A DNA stretch of 64,000 nt from a candidate division FCPU426 bacterium (GTDB taxonomy: Bacteria; Oederibacteriota; Muellerivitia; Muellerivitales; Muellerivitaceae). How positions within the stretch are numbered: position 1 is the stretch's first letter; each line of letters begins with the position of its first letter. A program made the translations under genes and the position numbers. Positions 1 to 10,575 of the stretch are shown in pieces. The stretch spans positions 160,001 through 224,000 of the forward strand of contig CAVYSE010000003.1 of the NCBI GenBank assembly GCA_963771075.1, in the 5' to 3' direction. The notes below the pieces were generated by a model. That model searched no databases. It was not told the origin of the DNA and worked only from the letters and a program-made list of their open reading frames with translations.

Positions 1-73
1 CCGTGATCCCGGAACCAATGACCGGATTTTTCGGCTTGATGTTTTCTTTCTCCATGGGTTTCTCCTTCGGCAT
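1..73 (-). CDS. 5' part of a CDS running off the window start (MPKEKPMEKENIKPK...)
   Basis: ATG at 73 on the minus strand, open frame to base 1; too short to assign. Confidence 0.35.
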   Translation of the reverse strand, partial: MPKEKPMEKENIKPKNPVIGSGIT

Positions 74-597
74 GGGTTCGGCGGGGGGGTGAGGTTAAGT
101 TTTGATTGGAATGAAGAGGCGGCCGGGAGTTCAACCTCGGCCGGGGAAAGCCGGGAGGCCTTCCGGGGATAATTAAATTTTACTCCCCGAGGGGAAAACA
201 ACCCGCCCTTAAAAATAAAATCATTTTCGGCACGGGGAATGTTTGGCACAAAAAATGTCAATTAGGTAAACGCAAACCAAAAAACAACCGGAGGGAAAAC
301 CGCGGGAAATCAGGGGAATAAAAATGGACCTCATCATGCTTTTTGAAACGCGGGGATGCCTCCGTAAAAGTTCCCCGGCGCGTTACAGCAATGAAAATTT
401 TTCGCCCATTCCTCCTCATCATAAATAGAAAGGTCGCGCGGAAAACATGACACCCCTGGTGAAATTTTGATCGGGTAAATGGTTTCCGAAAAATAATTTC
501 CAAACCCCTGGCAGATCCTAACCCATGGGTTCATATTGAATTCGATTGATCCCGCCTCGGATGATTTCCTTTCCACCGCGGGCATAAAGGAGGCTTG

Positions 598-1095
598 ATG
601 GCCCTCGCTCTCAATCCCGATCACCCTCCGATGGGAAAACCGGTGCAGGTCCTCCTGGTGGAGGACAACCCGGCGGATGTATCCCTGCTTGAAAAAATCC
701 TCGAAAACTCCCAATACCCGGTGCGACTCAACGTGGTCCAGGACGGCGAGGAAGCCCTGGCATATCTCCGCCATCAGGGACCTTACCGGGATGCGCCCCA
801 TCCGGGCTTGATCCTGTTAGACCTGAAACTTCCCCGAAAGAGCGGCCACGAAGTTCTCGAGGAAATGCAGCGGTCCACTCACCTAAGATCGATCCCGACC
901 GTGGTCCTGACCCAGTCGAAACAGGGTGGTGACTGGAGGCGGGCCCATGAAGCCCATGTGGGCGCTTATCTGCTGAAACCCAAAGACTGGTTTCACTACG
1001 CGGGTTTGCTGAAATATTTGGAGGAAAACTGGTTTCGGGGCATCCAACAGGCCATGACCTGGGAGAACCTGGAAACGGAGGGGGAACGGTCATGA
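598..1095 (+). CDS. Single-domain response regulator (Rcp1-like receiver)
   Basis: LLVEDNPAD, LILLDLKLP, YLLKP receiver motifs; AAGGAGG RBS before ATG 598. Confidence 0.9.
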   Translation: MALALNPDHPPMGKPVQVLLVEDNPADVSLLEKILENSQYPVRLNVVQDGEEALAYLRHQGPYRDAPHPGLILLDLKLPRKSGHEVLEEMQRSTHLRSIPTVVLTQSKQGGDWRRAHEAHVGAYLLKPKDWFHYAGLLKYLEENWFRGIQQAMTWENLETEGERS

Positions 1096-1535
1096 GAACA
1101 CAACTTAAGGAAGAACAAGCGCTCCAGGTCTTATTGGTGGAGGACAACCCCGGGGATGCGGGTCTCATTCGGCATGCCCTGGACCTTTCCGATCATCCGG
1201 TTCACTTGACCGTTTGTCCGGATGGCCTCAGCGCGTTGGGTTATTTGAGAAGGGGGGACGGGCCTCCCGTCCAAATCATCCTGCTGGACTTAGGTTTGCC
1301 ACTGAAGGACGGGTGGGATGTACTTTCCGAATTGAAAGCGGATATTCGCTTGAAAGATATCCCCGTCCTGATCCTCACCGGTTCTGAGGACGCCGAGGAT
1401 TCCATCCGCGCCACTTTTTCAAGGGCGGACGATTATCTTTTGAAACCCAAGGATTTGATCCGCCTCAGCGCCCTATTGCATTACTTGGAAAAAAATTGGT
1501 TCTCGAAATTTCGACCGAAACGGGACCCTGATTAA
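1092..1535 (+). CDS. Single-domain response regulator (Rcp1-like), paralog of the upstream gene
   Basis: LLVEDNPGD, IILLDLGLP, YLLKP; ATGA overlap with the previous gene. Confidence 0.9.
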   Translation: MRTQLKEEQALQVLLVEDNPGDAGLIRHALDLSDHPVHLTVCPDGLSALGYLRRGDGPPVQIILLDLGLPLKDGWDVLSELKADIRLKDIPVLILTGSEDAEDSIRATFSRADDYLLKPKDLIRLSALLHYLEKNWFSKFRPKRDPD

Positions 1536-1616
1536 AACGCGATTCCTGAAACCCAAAAGTCATCCAGTTCCCCAGTTGGATGCATTCGATCAAAGGGGCC
1601 CCCACCCCTACTTGCC

Positions 1617-1751
1617 TTAGAGGCTCAGCGCCACCCCGCCGTTGAAGGCGTTCAGGTTCTGTCCCCCTCCGAAGTTCCCGGAGTAACCCGCCGACAGGTT
1701 CCAATCGGGCCCGAAGATGAGCTGAAACCCCGCCCCCACGCCGTAAAGCAT
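1617..1751 (-). pseudogene. 44-aa remnant resembling the C-terminal beta-strands of an outer-membrane/autotransporter barrel
   Basis: Manual translation MLYGVGAGFQLIFGPDWNLSAGYSGNFGGGQNLNAFNGGVALSL*; alternating hydrophobic pattern; no upstream part. Confidence 0.35.
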
Positions 1752-2259
1752 GGGGGCGGGTGGGGTAATGCCACGATGGGGTGAGGACTAAAGTGTTAAA
1801 TGCTGGCCAGGCCCCTCGGTTTCGTTAAAAACATAAGTTAAACTTAACGGCACGTTATTCTTTCAAGTGAATATTTTTCGGTTGTTTAAGGAAATGACTT
1901 GAAAAACATCGGACAGAAATTGAAGCTTGGTGTAAAGATGAAAATATCTGAAAAAATAACCCCGGTGATTAATGAGATGATGAATATGCATCAGAGAAAT
2001 AAGGTTTTAGATAAGACCAAACACAAACCAAGTCCAATTAATCAAATTGGCAATAAGTTTAATCAACACATGTAATCTTTGTCGTTTTGCCCTATCTATC
2101 CAAACATTTCTTATTCTGCAAATCGCGCCGGCTGTTAGAAGTTTTTTTCAAATCCACAATGCTCAAGTCAACATTAGATTTCGGGATATCCCCCTCCCCA
2201 ATGGTTTTCCCCGCCCCACCCGTTAAAATGACCCCTCCATTCCCAAGGAGCCTTCCCTC

Positions 2260-4057
2260 ATGGCCGAGATCGTCGTATCCGATAAGGAAGAAATCGACTT
2301 TAAATACAATTTAAAGGTCTATTTCGGCTTCCTGACCAAATATAAATGGGCCGCACTGGTGCTGGTGGGTTTGGCATTCCTCATCGAGCAGTCTCGACCT
2401 GGTGCAAAACTACGCCTTCAAGCTGATCATCGACAAGGCCACCCTCTTCATGGGCCACCAATGGCTTCCGACCCCTTTCAACGGTTTTTGTTGATCGTTT
2501 TCGCCGTGCTTCTGGGGGTTACCGCCACGCGGGTTTTGGGGCGGTGGATCTACCTGCGCAACATCAACCTGCTGGAATCGGACCTCATCACTGACATCAA
2601 GCGTTATTATTTCAACCACCTGCTGACCCTTTCCCACGGGTTTCACACCACCCACAAGACCGGCTCCCTGATCTCCCGGCTTTCCCGGGGGTCAGGCGCG
2701 GTGGAAACCATGACCGACATGATCATCTTCCAGTACGTCCCCCTGCTCTTCCAATTGGGGATGGCTGGAGCTTCTATTTTTCATTACAGCTTTAAGGTAG
2801 GTTTCATCGTTTTCGCCACGGCGGTGGTCTTATATCGCCTTTTCCTACGTCATGAACGAACACCAACGACGGGTGAACGCCCTGTACAACAACATGTCCG
2901 ACCTGGAAAAGGGCAACATCAGCGACGTTTTCACCAACATCGAGTCGATCAAGTATTTCGCCAAGGAAAAGGACGTGCAAAACCGCTACCGCGGCCTTGA
3001 GCGAAAAGACCAAGGAACTTCAACTCGATTTCTGGAACAGCTACAAGCTGATGGAAGCCGGCCAATTGCTGATATTGGGGTTGGGAAGTCTTTTTCCTGA
3101 TTTTATTTTCCCTCCAGGACCTAATCGCGGGCCGCATCGGCATCGGCACTTTCGTCTTTATTTTCACCGTCTTCGGCAGTTTCATGGGCCCCCTTTCGGG
3201 CTTCGTTTTCGGCATCCGCAACATGTACCGAGCCCTGGCGGATTTCGAGGACCTTTTCCAATACGGAAAGGCCGAGAACGACATCCAGGACAAGCCGGGG
3301 GCTTCTTCCTTGAGGGTGAATAAAGGGGCTATCGAGTTTAAGGACGTGATTTTCCAATACAAAAAAAGACACATCCTCAACGGTTTCTCGCTGAAGGTTC
3401 CGGCCCACCAAAAGGTGGCGGTGGTGGGCCCCTCGGGGGCGGGCAAGACCACCCTGATCCGTTTGCTTTTCCGCCTATACGACGTGGAGGGGGGCCGGAT
3501 CAGCATGGACGGCACCGATATCGCGGACGTCACCCAGGGGTCGCTCCGCGAAAGCATGAGCATGGTGCCCCAGGAATGTATCCTCTTTGACGACAGCCTC
3601 TACAACAACATCGCTTTTTCCAACCCCGAAGCCTCCCGGGAAGAGGTTTTCGACGCCATGCGGTTCGCCCAGTTGGAAACATTTATCGCCGGCCTGCCCG
3701 AGAAGGAAAACACAATCGTAGGGGAGCGGGGCGTGAAGCTTTCGGGGGGCGAAAAACAACGGGTTTCCATCGCCCGGGCGCTGCTTGGCCGACAAGCGGA
3801 TATTGATCCTGGACGAGGCCACCTCGTCGCTGGATTCTGAAACCGAGCACGAGATTCAGAAAGGGCTGAAGGACCTGATGAAGGGCCGTACCTCGATCCT
3901 CATCGCCCACCGGCTTTCCACCATCATGAGCGCCGACATCATCGTGGTGCTGGACAAGGGGAAGGTGGTTCAACAGGGCCGCCACCAGGATTTGATCAAG
4001 GAACCGGGCTTATATAAGAAGCTTTGGAACCTTCAAAAGGGCGGGTATATCGAGTAG
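2260..4057 (+). CDS. ABC transporter, fused permease/ATPase (ATM1/MsbA-like), broken by at least five frameshifts
   Basis: Pieces in different frames: TM helices, Walker A GPSGAGKT, signature LSGGEKQR, Walker [21 protein letters not shown]. Confidence 0.85.
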
Positions 4058-4193
4058 GTCCAAAACCCATCCCAAACCACACCTCTCTTTAACGTCAAAC
4101 CCGTCATTTATAAATTCCGACAGTGATTTGTATCAGAAAGATCCGTTGGTTGCCTGGCCTATGATTAAAAAAAAGTATTTCAAGGTTTCGGTC

Positions 4194-4571
4194 ATGGTCG
4201 ATACAGGCAAATCAAGAGAAAAAAGAATCCATCCCCGTTTTCAAGTCAATGTTCCCGTTAGGTACCGGGTGATTGAGCATGAAACGGATTCAACGACCGT
4301 TTCGGACCGGCAAAAAAAAATTCGAACATGTCATACAGGGGACTTGAGCTTGAGTGGCCTTTTCCTTGTCTGCGATCAAGCCCTCGCGGTGGATACCTTA
4401 CTCAAGTTGGACATTTCCATTCCCGAAATCCCACTTAAAATAACGGCCTTTGCAATGGTCGTTTGGACCAACCTGAGGGGAGTGGGCCTCCATTTCGAGG
4501 CCATAAAAAATGAAGACATTATCACTTTGAGGAACTACCTTTCGCAGGCGCCCCCCGAAAATAAGAACTAG
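4194..4571 (+). CDS. PilZ-domain protein
   Basis: RIHPR (RxxxR) and DLSLSG (DxSxxG) c-di-GMP-binding motifs; start could be 4128 or 4161. Confidence 0.8.
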   Translation: MVDTGKSREKRIHPRFQVNVPVRYRVIEHETDSTTVSDRQKKIRTCHTGDLSLSGLFLVCDQALAVDTLLKLDISIPEIPLKITAFAMVVWTNLRGVGLHFEAIKNEDIITLRNYLSQAPPENKN

Positions 4572-4641
4572 CCATGGGTTCTAGGCGTTCGACCGGATTA
4601 TACTAAGTCCCTGAATCCATCCCAATCAAAGGGCTTTCCCG

Positions 4642-5322
4642 GTGATCTCCGAAGTTGAATTAAGAAACGAACTCAACGCAATGATTGATTCCTTCCTGGA
4701 AGATTGTCCCTTTTTCTTGTCGTGGAAGAAGGGTTCCATCGACCGGACTTTGTCCGGGAAATTTCTCGCCACCTTCGACACCTTGGTAAAAAGTTTCCCG
4801 GAGTTGATCGCGGCAGGGGCGTCGCGCATGACGGACGAAGAGGCTCGGACAGTCCTGGCGGTGAACTTGTACCAGGAATGCGGTGAGGGGAATGTCCAAC
4901 GGACCCATTACGCCATCTACCGGAAATTCCTCTCCACCACCGGGTTGGACCTTTCCTCCGTCACCGAAAATGGATTCGCGGAGGAATGGAGAACCAAGAT
5001 GAAGGGTTATATCCAGGACACCGGGTGTGTCGGGGCCGTACTGGGCGCCCTGGCCGCCGGGGAATACCTGGCACAACCCGCCTTGACCCGGATCTATTCG
5101 GTGCTGAAACCCCTCTTTCCCGGGGCGGACCCCGAATATTTCGAGAAACACCTGGTGTTGGAGGAAGACCATGTCAGGGAAATCACCGGGATGATGGTGA
5201 AAGAGGCTGAAAAAAACGACGGACTGGAAGCGGTGCTATCCGGCTTTAAGTTCGGATTATCGGTTTGGGGGGAATACTTTGGCCACCTGGCCGAGTTTGT
5301 GACCTCGGCAAAAAAGGGTTGA
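4642..5322 (+). CDS. Heme-oxygenase-like (TenA/PqqC-type) iron-containing redox protein
   Basis: NLYQECGEG..TH and YFEKHLVLEEDH metal-ligand pattern. Confidence 0.7.
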   Translation: MISEVELRNELNAMIDSFLEDCPFFLSWKKGSIDRTLSGKFLATFDTLVKSFPELIAAGASRMTDEEARTVLAVNLYQECGEGNVQRTHYAIYRKFLSTTGLDLSSVTENGFAEEWRTKMKGYIQDTGCVGAVLGALAAGEYLAQPALTRIYSVLKPLFPGADPEYFEKHLVLEEDHVREITGMMVKEAEKNDGLEAVLSGFKFGLSVWGEYFGHLAEFVTSAKKG

Positions 5323-5324
5323 AG

Positions 5325-6110
5325 TCAATTAAACACCGGCAGGGGGCTGAGCCGGCGGCATCCCAACTTCACGATCTCGGTGACATGAAGCTGCATCATA
5401 TAGTTGAGGTACCTTTCCTGGGCGCCGGCAAGTTTGAGCCTCCGCTCGTAAGTGGCGCAATCCAATAAAATCAAATCCTTTCCATTCGCGATATGGGGGG
5501 GTTCATCCTTTTCGATGTCGTCAATCGCGTTCATCAGTTCGGGATCGAATAATCGCTTGAAAATACTGGTTTCCAGGTCGGTCATGGAGGAGAGCACTAT
5601 TTCCCCGGCAAATTGGTTGGCGGCGGCGATTTCCGAAGCCGTTTCGGCCTCCGTTTGGACCCTTTGCATTTGGACGAGTATTTCGGGCAGCACAAAATCG
5701 CCGATATTGGGCTCCGCGCCATAACGGCGAAGTTGCCGGGCGAAAACGTCATAATGACGCACCTCATCCCTGATTTGCCGGGCGAGCCTTAATTTCAACT
5801 CGACCTGGTCCTCGGGCAAAAGCGTGATTTCCCTTGCCTGGGCAACAGTGCCAAAATACCACTCCGACCAGGCCCGACGCCTTAGATAGGCGACGAGGGC
5901 GGTTTTATAAACTTCCTCATCCAAGGTCATGAATTCGTACTTCCTTGAATCATACAGGTCGTCCCCCACGTTCTTGGCGCGATGATAAAGGGCTTGCATG
6001 AACTCGTTGGGAGTTAACTTCATCAGTTCTTCCGAGCCCCACTTGGAATAGGATGGAACCATAAGAGGCTTATCCCCATCGGATGGATGGGCTTGATCCG
6101 GGTTTTGCAT
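5325..6110 (-). CDS. Ferritin-like diiron-carboxylate protein
   Basis: Two DExxH motifs (DEVRH, DEPPH). Confidence 0.7.
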   Translation of the reverse strand: MQNPDQAHPSDGDKPLMVPSYSKWGSEELMKLTPNEFMQALYHRAKNVGDDLYDSRKYEFMTLDEEVYKTALVAYLRRRAWSEWYFGTVAQAREITLLPEDQVELKLRLARQIRDEVRHYDVFARQLRRYGAEPNIGDFVLPEILVQMQRVQTEAETASEIAAANQFAGEIVLSSMTDLETSIFKRLFDPELMNAIDDIEKDEPPHIANGKDLILLDCATYERRLKLAGAQERYLNYMMQLHVTEIVKLGCRRLSPLPVFN

Positions 6111-6277
6111 GGCTTTTTTCTCCCCTCAAACAAACAGGCAAACCTTCTGGGATTGATCCCACACCAATCTTTATAAGCCCAACGCACCCGCAAAGTGAAT
6201 AGGGTCCAACCCGGACCTTTTTATTTAATGACTGAAAATAACCAGGTGCCTGGCCACCGTTATCCACGATTCATCTT

Positions 6278-6303
6278 GTCCATGTTGGGTCCCCGCAGTG
6301 GCC
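6278..6303. repeat. 26-bp cassette-boundary site R1 (degenerate): GTCCATGTTGGGTCCCCGCAGTGGCC
   Basis: Matches consensus GTCCA-N4-GGGTCCCC-N4-TGGAC with one arm mismatch. Confidence 0.75.
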
Positions 6304-6328
6304 AGCAGCCTTAATGAGGGTGGCAATG

Positions 6329-6601
6329 TTATTTTTTTCCGGCAACAGCCAACAAGGCCTCGTTGATGACGGTTTGGTATCCGATGCCTCTCTGTTTGCC
6401 AATTCTCTTGGCCCATTCTAAGGTTTTCGGATTGAGGCGGATTGAAACCGGCAAATAAAGCTCATGAGGCTCTTTAGTCGGTCGGCCACGCGGACGGCGC
6501 GGCTTGCCCGAGTGATGTTCGATCGCTTGCCGGTTCTTCTCCACTTCTCCGGGAGTTATCCTTCTTGCCTTGTGAAACGGAAATTCATTTGAGTTCTTCA
6601 T
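6329..6601 (-). CDS. brnA: BrnA-family antitoxin
   Basis: RGRP..VSIRL..GYQTVINEAL ribbon-helix-helix C-terminus; overlaps the toxin gene. Confidence 0.85.
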   Translation of the reverse strand: MKNSNEFPFHKARRITPGEVEKNRQAIEHHSGKPRRPRGRPTKEPHELYLPVSIRLNPKTLEWAKRIGKQRGIGYQTVINEALLAVAGKK

Positions 6602-6866
6602 AACGGTTCCTTTCCCGACGGCTTGCCGGCCTTGCGCTGATGATTCGACAGACCTGGCCTTGTAAGCGCTTGGTGAAAACGACCACTAAAATCTTTCCAC
6701 CGTCAGCTTCTCCAATCAACCATTCCCTGGATTCCAGGGTCGAGTGTTTAGGGTCAGCGGCTACCAGGGCAAAAGGATCATCAAATTCCGTAATAGCTGT
6801 TTTGAATGAAACGCCGTGTTTCTTTTGGTTGGCTTCGTCCTTGGCGAGGTTCCAATCAAATCGCAT
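6585..6866 (-). CDS. brnT: BrnT-family ribonuclease toxin (DUF497)
   Basis: FDWNLAKDEANQKKHGVSF...RIISARPASRRER. Confidence 0.9.
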   Translation of the reverse strand: MRFDWNLAKDEANQKKHGVSFKTAITEFDDPFALVAADPKHSTLESREWLIGEADGGKILVVVFTKRLQGQVCRIISARPASRRERNRYEELK

Positions 6867-6946
6867 ATTTTTAGTATATACAATAAATAAAGGTCGTCAA
6901 GGTTCGGTTTCTCATATTCGGACTATCTCTTAATAGGGTTTTAGCT

Positions 6947-6972
6947 GTTCACGATAGGTCCCCGTCGTGGAC
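6947..6972. repeat. 26-bp site R2: GTTCACGATAGGTCCCCGTCGTGGAC
   Basis: Direct match to consensus with two mismatches. Confidence 0.9.
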
Positions 6973-7002
6973 AAAAACTACAAGCCGAATACGGGTGGTC
7001 CG

Positions 7003-7440
7003 CTACCTTTTTAATTCCTCAAGTGGAAGAAGTCGCGAGTCTTCCAAGGCGGCCGTTCGGTGTCCAAGACCTTTCAAATAACCTTCGTTGGACGCAAAAG
7101 AAAGAAATGAATCCACGCTCTGCTGGCGGATAAGCGCAACCATATCCCACCGCTCGGTTTCTGGCCCAATTAGAAATTTACCACCTTTGCCGAGGAACAA
7201 TATATCTCCCCCGGTCTCACGCAAGAATGGCAAGGTATGGTCGATATAGCGTCGAAAGGCATCCGCGCCGCTGATGGGTGTTGGCGGACGAAGATCCGGT
7301 GTCGCTGAATAGTCGGCGGTTTCACGGAATCGCAGTAAGTTCAACATCACGATTTCCCCGAGGATCCTCCGCATGACGAAATCCCGTCCGGCTTCCTGCG
7401 TCACATCAAGATAAGGTTTCGTTCCATTTTTATTTGTCAT
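7003..7440 (-). CDS. DUF1330-family protein
   Basis: VMLNLLRFR..A.Y..LIGP..WD...HRTAALEDSRL. Confidence 0.8.
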   Translation of the reverse strand: MTNKNGTKPYLDVTQEAGRDFVMRRILGEIVMLNLLRFRETADYSATPDLRPPTPISGADAFRRYIDHTLPFLRETGGDILFLGKGGKFLIGPETERWDMVALIRQQSVDSFLSFASNEGYLKGLGHRTAALEDSRLLPLEELKR

Positions 7441-7500
7441 TCAAGCTTGTCCTTTTTTTAGACAGTCATTTCCAACCTAGCAGTTCAGTCTCCAGATATT

Positions 7501-7526
7501 GTCCAATGCGGGTCCCCATCGTGGAC
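7501..7526. repeat. 26-bp site R3: GTCCAATGCGGGTCCCCATCGTGGAC
   Basis: Direct match to consensus. Confidence 0.9.
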
Positions 7527-7573
7527 AGGTAATCGAATCAAATCTCGCTTTCGAGTTTCCAGCAACAAACAGT

Positions 7574-8104
7574 TTAGCGGTTCGGGAATTTTCCTTGGAT
7601 GGTTTTGATCGCCAGAAACAGCGTTTGGGGTTTGTTTGCCAACGGATGGAAACCGTATTTTTGATAAAACCGGACAGCTTGATCATCCTTGGCGTCCACT
7701 ACAACTCCGTAAATTCCAATTTCGTTTGATAAACGTTCAGCTCTCTGTAAAGCGTCTATCAAGAGCGCAATGCCAATTCCACGGCCTTGGTGCCTTTTAT
7801 CCACCGCCAATCTTCCGACCCTAATGGCAGGAGCGGGATAACGGGGGAGGCCTTTTGAATGGGGGGGCGGCAGCATTTGGGAGTCGATTTCTGAAGACAC
7901 GGCCGTGTAAAAACCCAAAACCTTCCCGCTCTCGCTTTTCATCTGCGCAACAAATGTTTTGCCGATGTTTCGTTCATGGTTTTGCCGGGCATATTTTCGC
8001 AAATATTCATTTAGCTCTAATACCCCGCAATCAAAGGAATCAAAATCCAAATGGCAGGTTATGGCTTGAATCTCGAATGCTAAAGGATTCCCTGCGGGGT
8101 TCAA
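7574..8104 (-). CDS. GNAT acetyltransferase toxin (TacT/AtaT-like)
   Basis: FDCG..LN.YL, RLAVDKRHQGRGIG acetyl-CoA motif, FYQKYGF; coupled to DUF1778. Confidence 0.9.
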   Translation of the reverse strand: MNPAGNPLAFEIQAITCHLDFDSFDCGVLELNEYLRKYARQNHERNIGKTFVAQMKSESGKVLGFYTAVSSEIDSQMLPPPHSKGLPRYPAPAIRVGRLAVDKRHQGRGIGIALLIDALQRAERLSNEIGIYGVVVDAKDDQAVRFYQKYGFHPLANKPQTLFLAIKTIQGKFPNR

Positions 8105-8376
8105 GGGCGGCTATATTTCTTGATCGCCGCTGACAAAGCCTTATTGGGACGGGGCGGATTTTCCAGTACTTTCATGAAAGAATTCCACTCATTTTCGGAA
8201 AGAGTGATGCGGCTTTGGGTCGTAAGCCCCTCCTGGGCGGCCCTTAAGGAATTTGAAAGCATGAACGCACTGAGGCTAAGGCCAAAAATCGAGGCGGCCT
8301 TTTCAAGCATGGCCTTGTCTTTCGGGCGGATGCGAATTTCAATTCGTTGTTCCCTGGATTGTGTCGCCGTTGGCAT
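8101..8376 (-). CDS. DUF1778 antitoxin (TacA/AtaR-like)
   Basis: RIEIR..KAA...SLSAF...ITLS...F...LENPPRPN. Confidence 0.9.
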   Translation of the reverse strand: MPTATQSREQRIEIRIRPKDKAMLEKAASIFGLSLSAFMLSNSLRAAQEGLTTQSRITLSENEWNSFMKVLENPPRPNKALSAAIKKYSRP

Positions 8377-8451
8377 AAAGACCTCCTAATTTCTATAAAA
8401 GAAGCATACCTCATCGTACGGATGATGTCCACACACAAGACAAAAATGGTC

Positions 8452-8463
8452 GTCCACGACGGG
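8452..8463. repeat. Left arm of split site R4 (GTCCACGACGGG)
   Basis: Joins 9973-9986 to give a perfect 26-bp site once 8464-9972 is removed. Confidence 0.85.
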
Positions 8464-9462
8464 TAGTTCTGTTCTTTTCTTCATCTTCGGCGTGAACTTC
8501 ACTACCCATTTCCCCCGGCGGTTTATCTCCATCCGGAAGTCAAACCCCAGAAACCCAAAGCTTTCGCCTTTCGTTAAGTCCACTGTCCTCGTTTTGTCCG
8601 TGTTGATTTTCAGGTCAAGTTTAACCAATTCCTCAAGTAGCCTCTGGTAGACCGCCTTCACAAGCCCTTCCCCCTGTGGGTTTCCATCCACGAGGATCAC
8701 CATATCGTCGGCAAACCTCGCATATTCGACAGGGGTGTACATCCCTTGCCGGGTCGCTTCCTTCGCCTTTTCCAGCATCTTGTCCACCTCGTTGAGGTAG
8801 AGATTCGCCAGAAGTGGGGAAACAACTCCGCCTTGGGGAACTCCTCTTTTGCCGCTGGCTTTCAGGATTAGCTTCAGCAATCTCATCACCGTTTTATCCT
8901 CAATCCTCTGCGCTACCTTCTTCAACAGCAGGTCATGCCTTACCGTATCGAAGTACGCCTTCAGATCAAGGTCGATGACTCGGGTTTTCCCCCCGACAAT
9001 TGCTTCGGCTACCCTGTTCACCGCCGCATGAGCAGTCCGCTTGGGCCGGTACCCATAAGACCCGTCTTGAAAATCAGCTTCGAAAATTGGTTCCAGGATG
9101 AGCTTCATCGCTCCCTGGACAACCCTGTCCCGAATGTTGGGTATCCCAAGAGTTCTGACCTTCCCATCTCCCTTGGGTATCTCCTTCTTCCGGTTCCGGG
9201 CCGGTCTATACGTGCCTTGGACTAGTTCACGCTGGATGCTTTCAAGAAACGGCTCTATCCCTGCTTCTTCAATGGCCTCAAATGTCACCCCGTCTATTCC
9301 AGGGGCTCCATTGTTTGACTTCGCCATCTGGTAAGCCTGTTGGAGCGCTTCCATCTTGCAAACATGCGTGTAAAGTCCCCAGAAACGCCAGTTCTTCTCA
9401 GCCTTCGCTTTGACGTATATCTCTCGTCTCAGGTCTTGCAGACTGATGGACGTCTTTTTCAT
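8464..9462 (-). pseudogene. ltrA: Truncated group II intron reverse transcriptase
   Basis: GAPGIDG, RTLGIP..DRVVQ, PQGGVVSPLLANLYL, FADD, FLGFDF; reads into the repeat arm (PVVD) and stops at 8386. Confidence 0.9.
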
Positions 9463-9972
9463 ACCGTCCCTGCCTCCCACTTTTGCCAAGAGATTTCACA
9501 ACAGCAGGGTTACTTCGCTCCACGGGAATTACCCCGCTTCTTAGCTACTTTTAACCCGTCCTACTCCCTCTTGCCTTCGACCGCTTTCCCGCATCGGGTT
9601 ATACGGCCTACCTTTTTCCAAGTATTTCTACCTGGGGCAAGGAGGGTCTCTCCAGTTGCTTGGTATGTCCTTGTCATCATGCCGTGGCTAGCACCCCGCC
9701 AGTGTGTTCCAGCGCATTGGCCATCTGGCCGCTGTTCCATGTTGCCTTCATCCCACGACGGAGGATTCGGCCACTGGGGCTATTGTTTTCGGGGCCACCT
9801 ATGCCTTCACTTTCGTTACGGCCTGACGACTCGCTCACCATCCCGAAGATGGCTTTGTCGATGGGCTTCAGGCATTAAGTTTCCCGCTTGCCTGCCATCC
9901 TAGCTAATGGGTTTTGGCTATTACCCATGCAAGTCTACCTCTTGCTGAACACACCTGCCTTTTCTGGACGCA
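8464..9972 (-). mobile_element. Group II intron, 3'-truncated (5' RNA domains plus RT; no maturase end, no domains V/VI)
   Basis: Starts (A)TGCGTCCAG on the minus strand, ~500 nt of non-coding leader, RT ORF cut off after KKRTEL. Confidence 0.85.
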
Positions 9973-9986
9973 TCCCCGTCGTGGAC
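9973..9986. repeat. Core plus right arm of split site R4 (TCCCCGTCGTGGAC)
   Basis: Complementary to the left arm at 8452-8463. Confidence 0.85.
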
Positions 9987-9990
9987 AAGC

Positions 9991-10534
9991 TTAACCAGAA
10001 CTCGATGAATATTTTTTAAGAATCGTTAATTCTTCAGGTGTAAAAAAATCAGGCCATTTCTTTTTAAATGGCAAAACAAACCCCTTATAGAACCATTTAC
10101 GATCAATTCGGGTTTTTAGCGCATCGGGCAATTCATGTATGGCATCCATATAATCTGTAACTAGACTTAGATTTGTGTTTTTGATTAAAGAAGAAGTCCT
10201 GCTAAATACATGGATGAGTGTGTCATGGTCTAATTTCGTTATGCTTCGAGGCCATGGGTAGTAATAAAGAATTTCCGTTAGTTCTTCCTGGTCTAAAGTT
10301 TGGATTTTTAAAACCCGGCAAAGTATTTTTTCCCCATGTCTCTTGTCCTGCTACACGAGATACTCGGTTATTTCCGTCGGCGAAACCATCATTCGCTTTA
10401 ATCTCTTCCAAAGCTCTCACAATCGCATTTAAATATTTAGTCTCTTCTGGCTTCGCCCTGGCCTGAACAGCCAATCGGTGCAATAGATCCAGAAAACAAA
10501 CAGAAATCATTTTTTGTTCAACTGGAGCACTCAT
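9991..10534 (-). CDS. AT-rich hypothetical protein, probably frameshifted (ORF 10223-10534 continues in other frames to a stop at ~9991)
   Basis: AGGAG RBS before ATG 10534; open frames continue downstream (…ITKLDHDTLIHVF…, …FTPEELTILKKYSSSSG*). Confidence 0.45.
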
Positions 10535-10575
10535 TAAATAATTCTCCTAAAAGAACCTCTTTATCGTTTTTCCTT

